Shown here one piece after another: positions 13,931 through 28,000 of a DNA stretch of 64,000 bases; positions within the stretch are counted from its first letter, which is position 1; every line of letters starts with the position of its first letter. The notes under the pieces are model-generated. The model was not told the origin of the DNA. It saw nothing but the letters and a program-made list of their open reading frames with translations, and ran no database searches. Location: positions 52,020,001 to 52,084,000 of the forward strand of contig CM052817.1 in NCBI GenBank assembly GCA_028534125.1. Reading direction: 5' to 3'. A program made the position numbers and the translations under genes. Source of the stretch: Lama glama. Lineage: Eukaryota.

Positions 13931-15959
13931 CATGTATTAATGATGAAAAAACCTTGAACGGGGTTCTGAAAGAAAATTTGACTTTTGGTAAGAAATACAT
14001 TTTATCAGATACCCTATATTAGTGTCAAATAATGAATATCTGAGCAAAGTTTAAAAAGAGTCTGGTTGATTTGTGATCATTGATCAGTGAACCAGTTGGG
14101 TTAGAGGGATATTTTCTTTAACCATAACCCATGTACTTGTTTTTACATTCTGTTAAAATGTAGAGGGTAAATAATACAGGCTTCTATTTCCGTATTGTAG
14201 CTGAGTCAGTGACCTGAATCACCTCTGAAATACATAGCTGAGCTCATAGAAAAATAAGTACAACTCCTATTGGCCAAAGGAGAGAAAGCTGAGAATCAGA
14301 GCAACGAGAACATGAGCTGATATCACAGTCATTCGGGGCGGTTCTGGTGGCTTCCAGCCTCAGTAATCACTATTATTTAGTTTTATTGCCCAGACATGGA
14401 AATGAAGAAGGAGACATAAGGCCACATGAAGTGAGGGGGTTAGAGATGGGTCCTCCACATAATGCCAGGGACTGATAGGCTTTGACTTCAGTGCAAAGAT
14501 AGCATACACACAAAAACAAATCCTACAAATAGAAAACTTATGTCTACTTTTTCTCCCCAAATGCTGTAATTTACAGTTCTACTTCATTTTACAGTATTGT
14601 CATTCTTATTGAAAGCAGTTACTGAAAATATATTCATTTTCAGATTTCTGCCAAAATATACTGGATCACTAGTTCCAAATAGTCTTTGATAAAAGAGAAT
14701 TCTGAGCGTACACAAAGCAGAGTTTGTTTGAGAAAGGTAACTAAATATAAGATTGTAAGCCATTTTTGTATATTTATGGCATTTTTCATATAATAATTAC
14801 ACACAGAGAATAGCAATTTAGAATGTTTTTATAGTCAATGGTGGGAGGGCTCTCTTTTTACATATGACGAGAATAAATCATACTTTTAATTGAAAGAATG
14901 GCTATTGTACATAATGCATCTGGAGCTTTTCACTTAGAAGTCAGATGTTTCATTCATGAGTACCGCAGTCAGTGAATGTTAAAAGAAGGCAATGATTCTA
15001 GATTAGTAAGGCTGTATTAGCATCCTATTTTGTAGGGCATCTGTAATAGCTCTATAATTACAAGGGAATTATATGTTCCTACAAATTACTTGATAATTAT
15101 ACTTGATATTACCAAGTAATTCAAAGATTAGTTACTATGTAACTTACAATTTTGAGATCTCATTGCAACATATTTCTTTTCTTATTTTAAGGGTTTGCTG
15201 ATACCCTAGATAGCAGACACTCAGAGTATATTTCTAATTATTTTTAGGTTACTTTGCTACATAAATTTGTGAGAAAAAGCAAATATTTCTCCGAAAGAAC
15301 AAATAAATTTGAAGGGCTATGCAGTCATTTATCTTCATACTTAATTTGCATTCATGAAATATTTCAGCATTACATTAATTTAGATGGTTCTAAGGGAGCA
15401 ACCAGAGTTTCTAATAAAATGACTTTTTAGCCAAAATGATTAATTAGGTAAATTAATATATAGTAAATTGATATAATCAAATATTACATTGTGTCCAAGA
15501 ACTTCTAACTGTATGTAGATTGACAGCAAATCTTAAGGATCAAATGGTAGGTTAATTAGGTTACATCAGAGACTCAATAACACTTACTGGCATAGAGAAA
15601 TTATAAGATTTTAAAAATAATGTAGCTAATGTAAGTGTAACTACAGAGCAACTAAAATGTGTTTGAATATTTGTGAGTTTTAACAACCACCAAGGAAGAA
15701 AAAGGACTATAGAATGCTTGTTTGATATCCTATGCCAGTTAACTGTCAATTAGTATTTTACATTGGGATGATGAGATGCATAGACATTTGTTTGCAGGGA
15801 GACAGTGCAATGAGAAAGAATAGGGTTCTGACATAATGCCCTCTTTCACAGATGGAATAAGTAATTGTAATAAGATAGAATAAGAATCACTTAGTTCAGA
15901 GAATAACTAGAGGAATTCAACCAGATAGGTATAGATCTAATGAAAACTGTGGTATTAAG

Positions 15960-16084
15960 CCTTTCAAATAAAACATCAGGGTCTCTTGCTAAAAATTTAG
16001 ATTTTCAAGACAGTACCAGCTGAACATTAGATCAAACATGTGGTCTTTCTGAGCAGAAGTTGCATGCCCTTGTAGTTGACCTTG
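15960..16084 (-). mobile_element. MER45A-like hAT relic
   Basis: 'atttcaagacagtaccagctgaacattagatcaaacatgtggtctttctgagc' resembles the reverse of MER45A. Confidence 0.5.
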
Positions 16085-17334
16085 GTACCAAGGTCCAGAA
16101 TATTTGTTTTTTTTTAGCCAATATCAGGCAGGGCAAAACAAAAGGGAATCCAGAATGGATGATGCTTAGATGTCCAAGCTAGCAAGTGAAATTAAGAAAC
16201 ATTTTATAACTTTGACAATAAAGAAGATAAAAAACTGAAATGATCAAATATGTAGAAAGAAAAAAATAATTTCACCCTAAAATTATTGGAATACTTTTAA
16301 GATTTTAATTTGGAATGAAATTTGAGCATATATGCTTTATTATTATTAAAAAGAAAAAAAACACTGAAAACAAATGATGTTGATATTAATCTCAGGACAT
16401 CAACGAGTACACTATACACTGAAATATTATGATGTATTATAGCTTAATTGAACTATTTTAACTAACAAAGCATTATAAGAATCAATAAGTATTGATTCAT
16501 ATAGAATCAAGCTTAAACAAATGAAGAAAAGGTTAGAAAATTCAGGGACTTTGTGTTGGTTCTAACTTTATAGAGAAGTAGTGATGCAGATGGTAAAATG
16601 CCATTGGAAAGTATTATTTTGGATTACAAAGTGAGTATAGAAAAAGTAAGTAAATGTTGGCTCAGAACAGGGATGAGGATAGAGACCAATTGTCTGTGTT
16701 TTGCACAGGAATTATATATTCAGTCAGACTAACATGAAGAAAAGGGAGGGAGGCAAGAAATAGGGAAAAGACAAGGTTGCCATACAGAAGATGCTTGAGG
16801 AACCAGAATTATTCTGTTAACTGTGTGGGCATCAGCCTTTCCCTTTGAAAAGGAGTAGTTCATTTGTGGAAAGTTAAAGAATGCAGACAAAAGGTAATAA
16901 GTTAGATATTGCAATAACCCTATCTGAGTTTTTAAAGTATAATTATCTCAATTCATTCAGCATTAAATATTGAAGAACCCTACTTTGAGTAAATATGCTA
17001 TAGCGGCTACAAAAATACACTAGACAGAGCTCTAGTGCAAATATTTCACTTAAGGAATATGAGAATGAGATTCAATATAAAACACGCTTATGAATAACTC
17101 AAATGAATAACTAATATGGCAAAATATAAAAATGTATACAATTCTGTATGTGTTTAAAGGATGAAAAGGAAGAAGAAAGAATATACGCATTTAAGTGAGT
17201 CAAAGAAAGTCACTGTGGGAAAATACTCAGTTTTCCTACAGAATAAGAGGAGACAGATATATAGATATTTTATTTCATGAAAGAATGATTCAAATATGTA
17301 GAAAGCCATATGTTGTTCTGGAAAGGAAGTCCTC

Positions 17335-18152
17335 ATAATTTAAATATGTTATCTGAGCTATAATTCAATTTAATCTATGGATTTAATGCAACTGGAATCA
17401 AAATACCAGTAGTTTTGGGAGGGAGCAATGGTATGAGAGGACATTGAAAAAGCTTATGAATTTTCACTTTAAAACTTAAGCTTAACCATATAAACAGAAA
17501 ATTTCAAAAACATAGTAAAATATGGGAAATATTAAAATTATCTAAGCAATAATAAGTAATGCAGTATACAGTAAGTTTAGATAGGGTGATCGAAAAATAT
17601 AGAATATGTCCATAGAGAAACTTAGTTCATAAGGAAGTTTTTTAAATTAGCGCAGTAATAGGTTAATCAATAAATGGTGTTGGTATATCTATTAATTTTG
17701 TCAAAAAATGTATTTTTTGCCTTACTCCTTATATTAAAACATATTTAGATTTAATCAAGATTTAAACATTAAAAATAACCATGATAGCTCTGAGCAAAAG
17801 CCAAAGAAAGTAATAAAGAGGTGCTTTATAATTATCATTAAATGAAGAAGTTATGGAGGGGGAAATAGTTTTATAAAAGACCATAAATAAAGTTAAAATA
17901 ATACAATATTCTTATTACATATAGCAAAAAGCTCTTATAATTAAGGGCTAACTTCCTATTAAGTGAAGTTTTTAAATCAATAAGAAACAGCCTAAAGTAT
18001 AATTGAAAAATACGAACTGAAGACATGAACATATGGTTCATTTGCAAAAGAAATAATCACGGATAACAACCATAAAGAAAGATTCTCAACTTCCTATATA
18101 AAGATGCAAATTAAACCAAGGCTCCATTTTTCTTACCCTATTAGATTACTTT

Positions 18153-18207
<55 letters not shown>

Positions 18208-18640
18208 CAGCAATTTTCCTTCTAGGCTTTTAATATAGGAAATTACATATGTTCACAGAAATGTCTTTATGGTGATCTTGGTTGATCACAGTTTATAATA
18301 AACACTTCAAATATTCATATTTGAGATATTCATCAATTAGTGGCTAAATTATGTCATAACAATTTTTGGAAATGCACTGAAAATAAATTATGAAAACCAT
18401 AAGTTAAGTGAAAAGAGCAAGTTGTAGAATGTTATTATAGTACTCTCCTACTTTTAGAAATATAAAAATATAAGTATATATTCATATATATATATATAAA
18501 TATTATGAAAGGATATACCAGCAAGTGTCATCAACAATTATTACTGCAGAGCAGGTTGAAGGAATTGAGATTTATATCTTTATGTGTATTATGTTTTTCT
18601 ATGCTCTATTTTTTTTATCATGAGCTTTTGTTGATTTAAT
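17335..18640 (+). mobile_element. Highly degraded L1ME-type ORF2/3' region
   Basis: 'aatctatggatttaatgcaact', 'aatcaataaatggtgttgg' and 'aagatgcaaattaaacc' are ORF2 motifs in an A-rich context. Confidence 0.6.
18156..18198. repeat. (TA)n microsatellite
   Basis: About 21 TA units seen directly. Confidence 0.98.
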
Positions 18641-19429
18641 AATAATGATAATGGTCATTGTAATAATTATTTATCATTGAATGAAAACTAAGAAATGCTA
18701 TTTGAAGGGCTTGGCAAGTCTTAAAATTGTTGTGAAGTCAATATTAGAAGAAGTTAAATTTTAAGTTCAAAGAGGATTCCAAGTGTATAAATGAATGATT
18801 GTAATAGCGCTACTTTGCAGATGCTGTAATATGAAAGCTACCTATCACTGAGGAAAGATTTTCATTCCCCCTTTTATATATGGAACTTAACATAGCATTA
18901 AAAATACAGGTCTTTAGCTAACCACTGGAAATACTGGTGTGGGTCTCAAATTAAGTTTGGATTAAAACCTATTCAGTTTAAAATTAAAAGTTGTGGAAAA
19001 ATCAGAAGACTGTAATGTAAGGGAAGAGAAAACATTAAGACATATCTCACTTACTGTAATGTATTAAATATTTCAGAAGTCCTAAAAACAAATAACTTAC
19101 AGTGTTATAATTTTTGAGTTTCTTCAAATCCCATTGCAAATATGGAAAGAGACAAGGAGGATCAGAGGATTGAAAGGATTATGTTTGAAATTATCAGTTG
19201 TGATAGCTAATCACAACAAGGAAGAAATTAATGCATGATGGTGTTATTAGGCTAGGATAAAATATTTCATGGATTAATTGGATCACAGAATAGTTTCAGG
19301 AATTGAGGGAAAGTGGAAATCTGTATTTAGACATGGATCCTTAGAGTTTTATGTGTTAATGGGGAAAACTCTTGAGTAATGGTCAAAATCTTATGTCTCA
19401 TCTAGTACTTTAATGTAGAACAGGCTCAA

Positions 19430-19901
19430 CATATTAAAATACTACTCGGCGATAAAAAAGAATAAAATAATGCCATTTACAGCAACATGGATGGACCTGG
19501 AGGTCGTCATCCTAAGTGAAGTAAGCCAGAAAGAGAATGAAAAATACCATACAATATCACTCATATGTGGAATCTAAAAAAAAAAAAAAAAGGAAAAAGG
19601 AAAAAGAGGACACTAATGAACTCATCTACAAAACAGAAACAGACTCACAGACGTAGTAAATAGTCTTATGGTTAATGGGGGTGAGAAGGGATAAATTTGG
19701 GAGTTTGAGATCTGCAAATGTTAACCAATATATATAAATATACATTAAAAGACCCATATTTCTCCTGTATAGCACAGGGATCTTGTAATAACCTTTAATG
19801 GAAAAGACTATGAAAATGAATATATGTATATATACATATGACTGGGACATTATGATGTACACTGGAAACACATTGTAACTGACTATACTTCAAAAAAAAA
19901 A
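19430..19901 (+). mobile_element. 5'-truncated L1 3' end
   Basis: ORF2 end (MPFTATWMDLEVVILSEVSQKENEKYHTISLICGI*), 3'UTR and 'gactatacttc' followed by an A-tail. Confidence 0.92.
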
Positions 19902-20334
19902 GAATCCTAATTTGAATAAGCAATTAAACAAAACATTTCCAAATAACAATTATCTAAGCTATAGTCAAATCGAATGGGAATATTCATATGGAAGTTGATA
20001 GATAAAATGTTCATAGTTCCAAAATTTTCCCCTTGTATCTCTTTTACCCTCACCTGTAATGCATGTTTTGGGAACATTTTGAAGAAGAAAATTAAGATTG
20101 CTTCTGAAAGTAATAGAAAGCATTCAGAAGTCAGTACTAGCCAGAGGCTGAAGAGTCTCTAGCTAAAATTAAATTACTGGTTGGAGAATTTAAGGCAAAA
20201 GGCAATCTTTCAACAAAAAACTACGTATACTTCTTATTTTGCTATAGGCTGTGTGCATAAGAACACAGCATGTGAATGAAAGCCATAGGATAAAGTAGTG
20301 TTTCAGCTATCTATTGCTACATTTAAAAAAGTAG

Positions 20335-21005
20335 TACCAAACCTAAAATATTTGGTATTTGTTTTAGACTGCAAGGTAGAAAAGTCCTCAGAACAGCAAA
20401 GACACTCTCATTGGAAGCTTACAAAGCAGTGAGAAAAATATTGAACACTGGGGAAAAGTGACACATTATAAAGTAGCAGGATATTTGGCAACACTATTGC
20501 CTATGGTAATGAGGGCAATTCAAAAATACAACTAATGAACTTGTAGACTTGGCTATGAAGATTTCTAGGCAGAAGGTAAAAAGTGACGAATGCCTCATTT
20601 AACTGTGTATGATAAATTTTTGAGGAGAGAAATGTATTGAAGAGGAAACTGTCCAGTTTCAAGGAAAATTTAAGAAATGAAGAGGAAAATTTAGAGGAAA
20701 TATTGCTACTTAAGGACTTGCTTGATTGGAAAGGGAAACTATTTCTCCTTTCAACTTCTCTAGCTGGAAAAATGCTCTCAAAGTAAGAAACTGCTTCAGG
20801 GCAGCAATGACTCAGAGGGTGGGACCAAGAAGGAGCTCAGAAAGCAGAACAGAGAGGGGAGTATCTACCTTTGGGGGGCAGAACTGGGTCTTTTAACACC
20901 TAATTCATGCTCATAAGGCAGAGAGACTTGGTAACATATGCCCGGCTCTCTCTGAAATGCTTTGGAACAGTGACTGCGTATGTTTTTCATGTTCCTCTTT
21001 TGAAC
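20335..21005 (+). mobile_element. MaLR internal sequence (MLT1-int-like)
   Basis: 'acctaaaatatttgg', 'ttataaagtagcaggatatttggcaacactattgcct' and 'ttggctatgaagatttctaggcag' are typical MaLR-int motifs. Confidence 0.7.
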
Positions 21006-24000
21006 TACTACTATTACCACAGAGTTACCACCACCACGACTTTTTCTATTACTATATAACAATTCCCTTTCCTGTAAATCTTTGGCTTTCCAGATTCAGC
21101 CTACCGATGCTCTTAAATTACACGTACATATAAATCAGTTCATTGCCCAGGTATTTTACACCCGATCATCACAATTTTGTTGGAAATCTGGCTCACTTGA
21201 TAGGTCTTTGTGACTCTTAGATATCATTCAGTTATTAAGAAAAATGATTAGTGAGTCGATTTTGAACAAAGAATGGGGTTAAAATGTGGCTTAAATACAA
21301 TCCTCAAAATATCTGAATGTTAACTTTTGAATGTTGATTATCCACCTCTTTATACTCATTTATGACAAAATTGAATTGACATCATGAGCACTTCAAAGTA
21401 ACCATAATATCCATGGTTAAAACCTCAAATGGTGAAATTTTCTTTCCTGGACACTTCTAGATTGGTCGAGTTTTTCCTTCTAGGAACACGCTTCTAGCAG
21501 AATGGTAACATATCACTTATACTTAAAGAGAATTTTGATAGAGTTACAAAGCTATAAATTAAGTAGATTTTCCACAGTTCAAAAGGAAGATAGTTGAACA
21601 AAATAAGGACTCTGGGAAGACACTAATTACACTTTCAGTCTTTAGTCTTCAGGTAATGATAATGGAAATACAAGTTGTAGAGGCTTGGAAGAGAGCCTTC
21701 AAAAATGGATCATTTTATTGCAGTAATATTGTCTGTAAAACTACATTAATTGGTGGACTATATTTTAAGTGTAATCTGTTCTACTTGATTTCTAATCTAT
21801 ATAAGTTGTACAACTTCTTGCATTAATATAGTATGCCAAATAAAAATCATTGCCAAAATCTAAAAACGTTGCTCAGACATGTCAGGCTAGCACATTATAA
21901 TGTGGTTGTTATTTTAAGGAAAAATACTTCAAAATAATTTTTATGTCCTGAAAACAATACAGCTTTATAATTATATGTGCTGTTCAATCATTTTCATCTA
22001 TATTTTTGCAATAGAAATTTCAGAGGATATTAGGGAATTTGTGTTCATTTATGAAACTATATTTTCTTGCATTAAATTTTAGTTCAACTTTACAGGGAGA
22101 AAAAGTTGTCAAAGTAATTTTTTTTGCATTTTGAAATAAACCAAATATAGCTATTTCAAAACAGTAAATTCCTATACATTCAATAATAACACTTATGATT
22201 TGCAAAGACTTCCAGCCTTATAGTAAACATCTTTATTGTGATCTCTATTCTTTGAATAATTTCATCTGTTTCTCCTCTTGTCCTTATGTAGAAATTACTG
22301 AAACACTTTCTAAAACATCAAAAAAATGCCTCATAGACATTCAGCTACTGTCAAGGGGAGGGATATATATAGCAAGGAGCCATCATCTAACATCCTTCTA
22401 AAGACTTGTCAAATCTGTACGTAACAGAGAGATCATTTCTGCATTATAGGCATGAAAATGGTTGTAATTAACTTCTCAAGCCCAACTGCATGGTGAGAGG
22501 GATAATTATAAAAGAATTCAAACCAATCTCAGCTTAATTATTCTGCGCAGGGATGGGGTGGGGGCATTTCCAATAGCCTCCTGTTGTGCTATTGGAATCA
22601 CAGCTAGCTTGATTGGACAGATTATGTCCGGTTCTTCTTCATCCAAATACTTATATTTACTCTCAAAGTAAATTCAAGTGATGACCTTTGTCAACTTATA
22701 GAACTATTTCAGAGAATTTAGTTTAAAGGCATTTGAAAGAGGAGGTGGGTTACAGATTAGGTTGTGGTTATACACCTTGGAGAAGATATTGCTAGACAAG
22801 GATTCAAATCTGATTTGACAATAATAGCAACAAATTAAAACGTGTCAATGTTTTTGACAAGTTTGATGCTAAAACACCCCCTTTACTTAATTTATGCCAT
22901 TGTAGTCTTTAGTGTGAAGAGAAGAGAAGCACTGCAATTTGTATTAAGAAAGCAACTATACAAGTGCTATTATTATTGTTATTGTTACTAACCTGAGTAT
23001 GAGTGTACTTCTGTTCTTTATGATTTTAATTTATATATTTTAAAAAATTAGTATAAATTTACTGTCTTCTTCATTTTATATTAAGAGAGAAGGACAGAAT
23101 ATCATTGTTATTGTACTGAGGTATAAAATAATTACAGCAATGGATGAAGCATACAATATGAAGTGAGAGGTGCTGAAAAGGGAGTTGTTAAAGGACTGAT
23201 ATTACGAGTGCTTCCTATGAAATGCCCAAAGTCTTAGAGACATTGCTTATATGCCTTTTATAAACATATTTTTTTCTTTCTATTCTGTTATCTAAAAGGG
23301 ATTTAAATACTTATAATAAAATATACACCAAAGCACATTAAAACAAGGATTAAAGATACAACATGTAGAGGAGACTGCTGGGATTGTATCTACAGATAAG
23401 CTACACCTATTTACTACAAATAAATCTCAAATATAGCTCAGAGCTTCCTGAAAGTCTGGGAAAATACCAAATAAGTAGCATAACACTTATTGATTAATAG
23501 ATATGAGATGCAAAATATTTGCGATGTGTAATTCTGAGAAGACATTTGTATGTGGAATATTAAGTTATCTGCCTCATACCAACTTTTGTTTAAATAAAAA
23601 GAACATGAAAATTAATTATTATTTTATTTAATAATTATTTTATATGTATGGAATATCTATGAGAAAATGATACTGTGTAGACCAATGGCCTTAATATATT
23701 TTTTTCTATTTTATACCTGCATTCAATTTTATTTTAATTTCCAATTCCATTTATATATATGTGTGTACATACATATATACATGCTTAGTTCAGTTGCTGT
23801 TTCTTCTTTTAGTACTGGTGAAATAAAGTTACACTGAAAGTAGACTACATGATAATCTGAAAATATTTTGAGGAAAACAAGAGAATCAATTACGATTATA
23901 TAGACATAGGGATTATGTGGAGTAAATGATAATGCTTAATTGATTGGAATTAAGCCATTCTGACTTATTTTTCAAGTCTACACTTATGAAAGGTTAGTTT

Positions 24001-24369
24001 CTGTAACTAAGTAAGTATGTGTGGCAAAAGCTATGGGATTAGCTGTTTAGAATCATTTTAAGGGCTGCTATATAAGTGAAAAATTAGAATAACTAATATT
24101 CTTAGTTATTTTTGTGTGTGACTGGGTGTGTGCATATGTGTATGTCAGTGTGCACGTTTGTACCATGTGTTTTATTAACATTGATCAAGTTGATGGCAAA
24201 GCCTATTTTAAGTCTCTTTTTTGATACACTTGTTTTTTTCACTGTAGTAAGATATTTTTGCTTCAAAATCAGAATTCAATCAAATGGTATAATTATTGTC
24301 TACTTTGGTTTAGATAATTTTCTGGAAATGTAAATTCCTCCTGCTGGCTGTTAAATTAATCTGCCACAA

Positions 24370-24527
24370 TGAACAACATGGATATATTGTATAGTACAGA
24401 GAATTATAGCTATTTTCTTATCATAACTTTTAATGGAGTATAATCTGTAAAAATACTGAATCACTATGCTTGTACACCTGAAACTAATGTAATATTCTAA
24501 ATCAACTATACTTCAATTAAAAAAAAA
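24370..24527 (+). mobile_element. Short L1 3'-terminal insertion with near-perfect TSD
   Basis: 'atactgaatcactatgcttgtacacctgaaactaat...tcaactatacttcaattaaaaaaaa'. Flanks are aatctgccaca (24358) and aatctaccaca (24526). Confidence 0.85.
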
Positions 24528-24562
24528 TCTACCACATAATCAAGAGTTTCAGAGTTTGCTAC

Positions 24563-25050
24563 TGTGCTAGGCATTCTTCTGTTTGCTCTCAGACCTACTT
24601 CTCTTCCTTCCTCCTGCTTCACTGGGTGCTGACTCCTGCAAACTAGGTTTTCCCATCCTCCTTGTCAATGGACCAAGCTTTTGCCACTGAGAAGCACTGG
24701 CAAGAGATGAGAGTGCACAGAGGTTGGGAAGAAAGCAGACCATTTCTGCCCCTTCCTCCCTCTGTGTTAGTGGCATCTTGAGCAGTGGCTCTTTCTATTT
24801 CTTACAGTCCCTGCTCCCCCCAGCAGATACCCTGTGCTTCTGCTGAGCAGCCACAGATCCTGAGCTCAGGCCACCTTGTCTCCTCCCCTTGTCCTTCCAC
24901 CCCTCAAGGTGGTTTCTGGTTTGCCTCACTATCCACTGTTTGCACTTCTAGCATTTCCAGGCATATTGGTACTTAAATCCCTTTCCAGATGCCTTTCATC
25001 AAATTACTTAGTATACTTTTGGTTTCCTTGCTGGTCAATGACTTAAACCA
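24563..25050 (+). mobile_element. ERVL-type LTR (LTR33-like)
   Basis: 'gactcctgcaaact..ttttccc', 'gaagcactggcaagagatgagagtg' and terminal 'ggtttccttgctggtcaatgact'. Confidence 0.55.
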
Positions 25051-28000
25051 CTACTTTTTTGATGATGCACAAAATTAATGACCATCTAGGGGAAAAATGC
25101 ATTACATTAATATTTATTCCACAAGTTATGCAAAACAAAGGAAAAAGGATTAGTGAGAATAAAAAAAAAATCTAGTAATAACACCTCTAGACCTAACTTC
25201 AGGGTTCCTATTCTGGAACAGAAAAATCCGAGCTGATGAAGTAACATTATCCCTCAGTCAACTAGAAGATTGAATAAAAAACCTACAGTAAAAATTTAGT
25301 ACTTACTTTTTAAAATGTAAACATATTTTTTTATTTTACATATTAAGTAGTAAATGTATTCCAAAATACCAAATTCAGTTCTGCTAGAATTTCCTGGAGT
25401 TCCTCAACGAAAAATGTCCAATATCCACTCATTTGTAAATATTCATAAACTTACTTAAGTCATACAGGTAGTATTACATTGAATGAAGAAATTAATGTCA
25501 CACTCTTTCAGCTTTTTCTACCATTGACTCAGAATGTCTTAGTTGTTTCCACTATAAATCTCTAGAACACTTTTCTTTATTATTAAGCACAACTTCCAGC
25601 AAATAGGAGAGTTTGGCATTTTGATTTTATAGGATTATCTCCATTAAACAGCAATTTAGAAAAGGGAGCAAGTAACATTTCTTGTTCAGGCATTTTATCA
25701 TTTACTCCATTTTCTCTTGGAGTATTTTTTTTTTTAGCTTCATGGCAAGAGAAAGTAAGACAAAATATTTTCTTTTCCTATAGTTATGTTGCCTAGAAGT
25801 GGCTCATATTTAAACTTTATTCTTTCACCTTGGACAATCTGACAAGGACAAATGGTTCATATATCAGGAAATACCCCGAACTGCGAGGTGAGGCTCTTAC
25901 ACTCCGTGTACACAGTGTCCTACAGAGGTGACTATAATGACTGTAATACATCATCCAGAAATGGGGTTGCAGAAACAGGGTGAATCCATGTCTCAGGAAC
26001 AAAGTTTATTTATTTCTGCTGTTTTGATAGGAGCTGCTAGAAGCATTTTTCTAATGGTCCTAATGAGTCTCTGAAGACCTTGCTTCTTGTCTTGTGTCTT
26101 ACAGTGCCTACAAACAGGAGTCAGTATTTGTGCAGCAATAGCGCTAGATAAATAGTTTCAAGAGCATTCAACAAACCATGTTAATTTTTTTCCCCTGAAT
26201 GGACTGCAGGAGAGTTTAAGCTTGTATTCTACGGTTATCCTTAGTTTCCTCAGGAAACACCAATAGCTGATATAAAATACGTGTAATATATGCTAAAATT
26301 GTGATTCATATCCTTTGGGTCTTAAAGGTATAGTACTTCCTCGCCATGTCAAGAATCATTCAACTATATTTTCAGGCTATCTTCTGCTTATTTATTTAGC
26401 ACACTCACTACCATGACCTCTGAGAACCAAACACAAAAACTACTCCTTGAGAGAAGAGTTTTGTTTATTACAAGAGCATTAATAATATTCCTGGTAATTT
26501 TATAATTTTGGAATTATATAAAGTACTTTATCTACACAATTATTTTCATAGTTGTCTTTAGCTGGAAATTATATTTTGTAATTTCTTAAAATTAGGAATA
26601 GAAGAGCAAATGATTTAAATAAGGTTGGGACAATAAAAGCAGTGACTCTGGGAGACATCTTAAGCTGGACTCTATCAACGTGGCAAGTGGCTGGGTGATG
26701 GAGAATCCTAGCCAGTCATTTACCACCATCTAGTCTGAGACTAGAACATTCCATCCCAGGAGGGAGCAGATCCTTAGAAAAATACGCTTAAATCTTAAAA
26801 GTTTTATAAACTTAATTTGGAACAGAGAGGACAACTTAATGAAGCTTTTTGAGAGAATAAATAACTAAAATGGTTTATATATTTATACTGAATAACTAGC
26901 TTATTTTTTGAGTAGAGAAAAAAAATATAAACCTTAGTGGCTCAGTGACTTTGTCAAGTAAGTTTGCATTTCCATACTATGTCTCTTGTCTACTTCTGAA
27001 AGGACACATCACTAGTCACACTTCTTCCTTCCTCTGCTTCTTTGTCCAACCAATTGCCAACGCCTTCCCATCCTTTTCTTGTCTTTCTGTTCTAAATAAT
27101 CTTCTATATGATTCACTTTCTATTAAAAGGGGCATGAAAGTTACTATCCAAACTTATCAGTGATATTATAAAGACAAATTGTTCAATGCCCAGTGAGTTC
27201 CTGAATACATCAAATTAAGCACTTGAGTCCCTACATCATAAAAAAGAAACACTGCATACAAAAGGGAGTGCTTTTATTTCTCCCTCTTATCAGTAAGAGT
27301 GGATGTAGGGTTTTTTACCTTTTAACTATGTGAGATAAATTCATGCATCTCTAAATATATACTACAGATTTTAGTAAAAAATGTCTTGACATATTTTAAA
27401 TAAGATACATAGACTTATTTTCAAAGTAACAAAAGCAAAACTGAAATTCTGTTAAAACCAATCATGAAAAATGCAGACTTTCCCCCACCAAAATTTGAAA
27501 CTAGGAGAGTGTGGGAATTCTTAACTCCTTATGTAATAGCTTATTTTAAAATTTGTTTTACCAATCCAGTAAAGATGTCTAATTTGACTGCCATCTAAAA
27601 TCATTAAATTGTATAAAAATACATGTGAAGCAGAAGACTCTGTGTTGAACAAGGAAACACAATATGGATAGACATTAAAAAGAAATAGACTGTCTTATCT
27701 CTGAGTAAATTAAATGACTAGGTCTAGTCTTAAAGAGTCAGAATGACATCTCACTGAATTTGAAAATAAGAAGATACAAGAAAAGTATTTATCTGCAGAT
27801 TTAGAACTTTACTTAGGTTAATTACCCTTGAATTTTTCCCTTGCATTTTTCCTTGCATACATAATTTGAGAATAGGAATTACATATGAATCTTTTAAAAT
27901 TTCCTTAAAATTTTAATCTATCATTGAAACATATTGAAACTCTGTAAGCTGAATTCCTGTGAGCAGTCTGATTATAATAAATTGCTTCTATTGCCTCATT

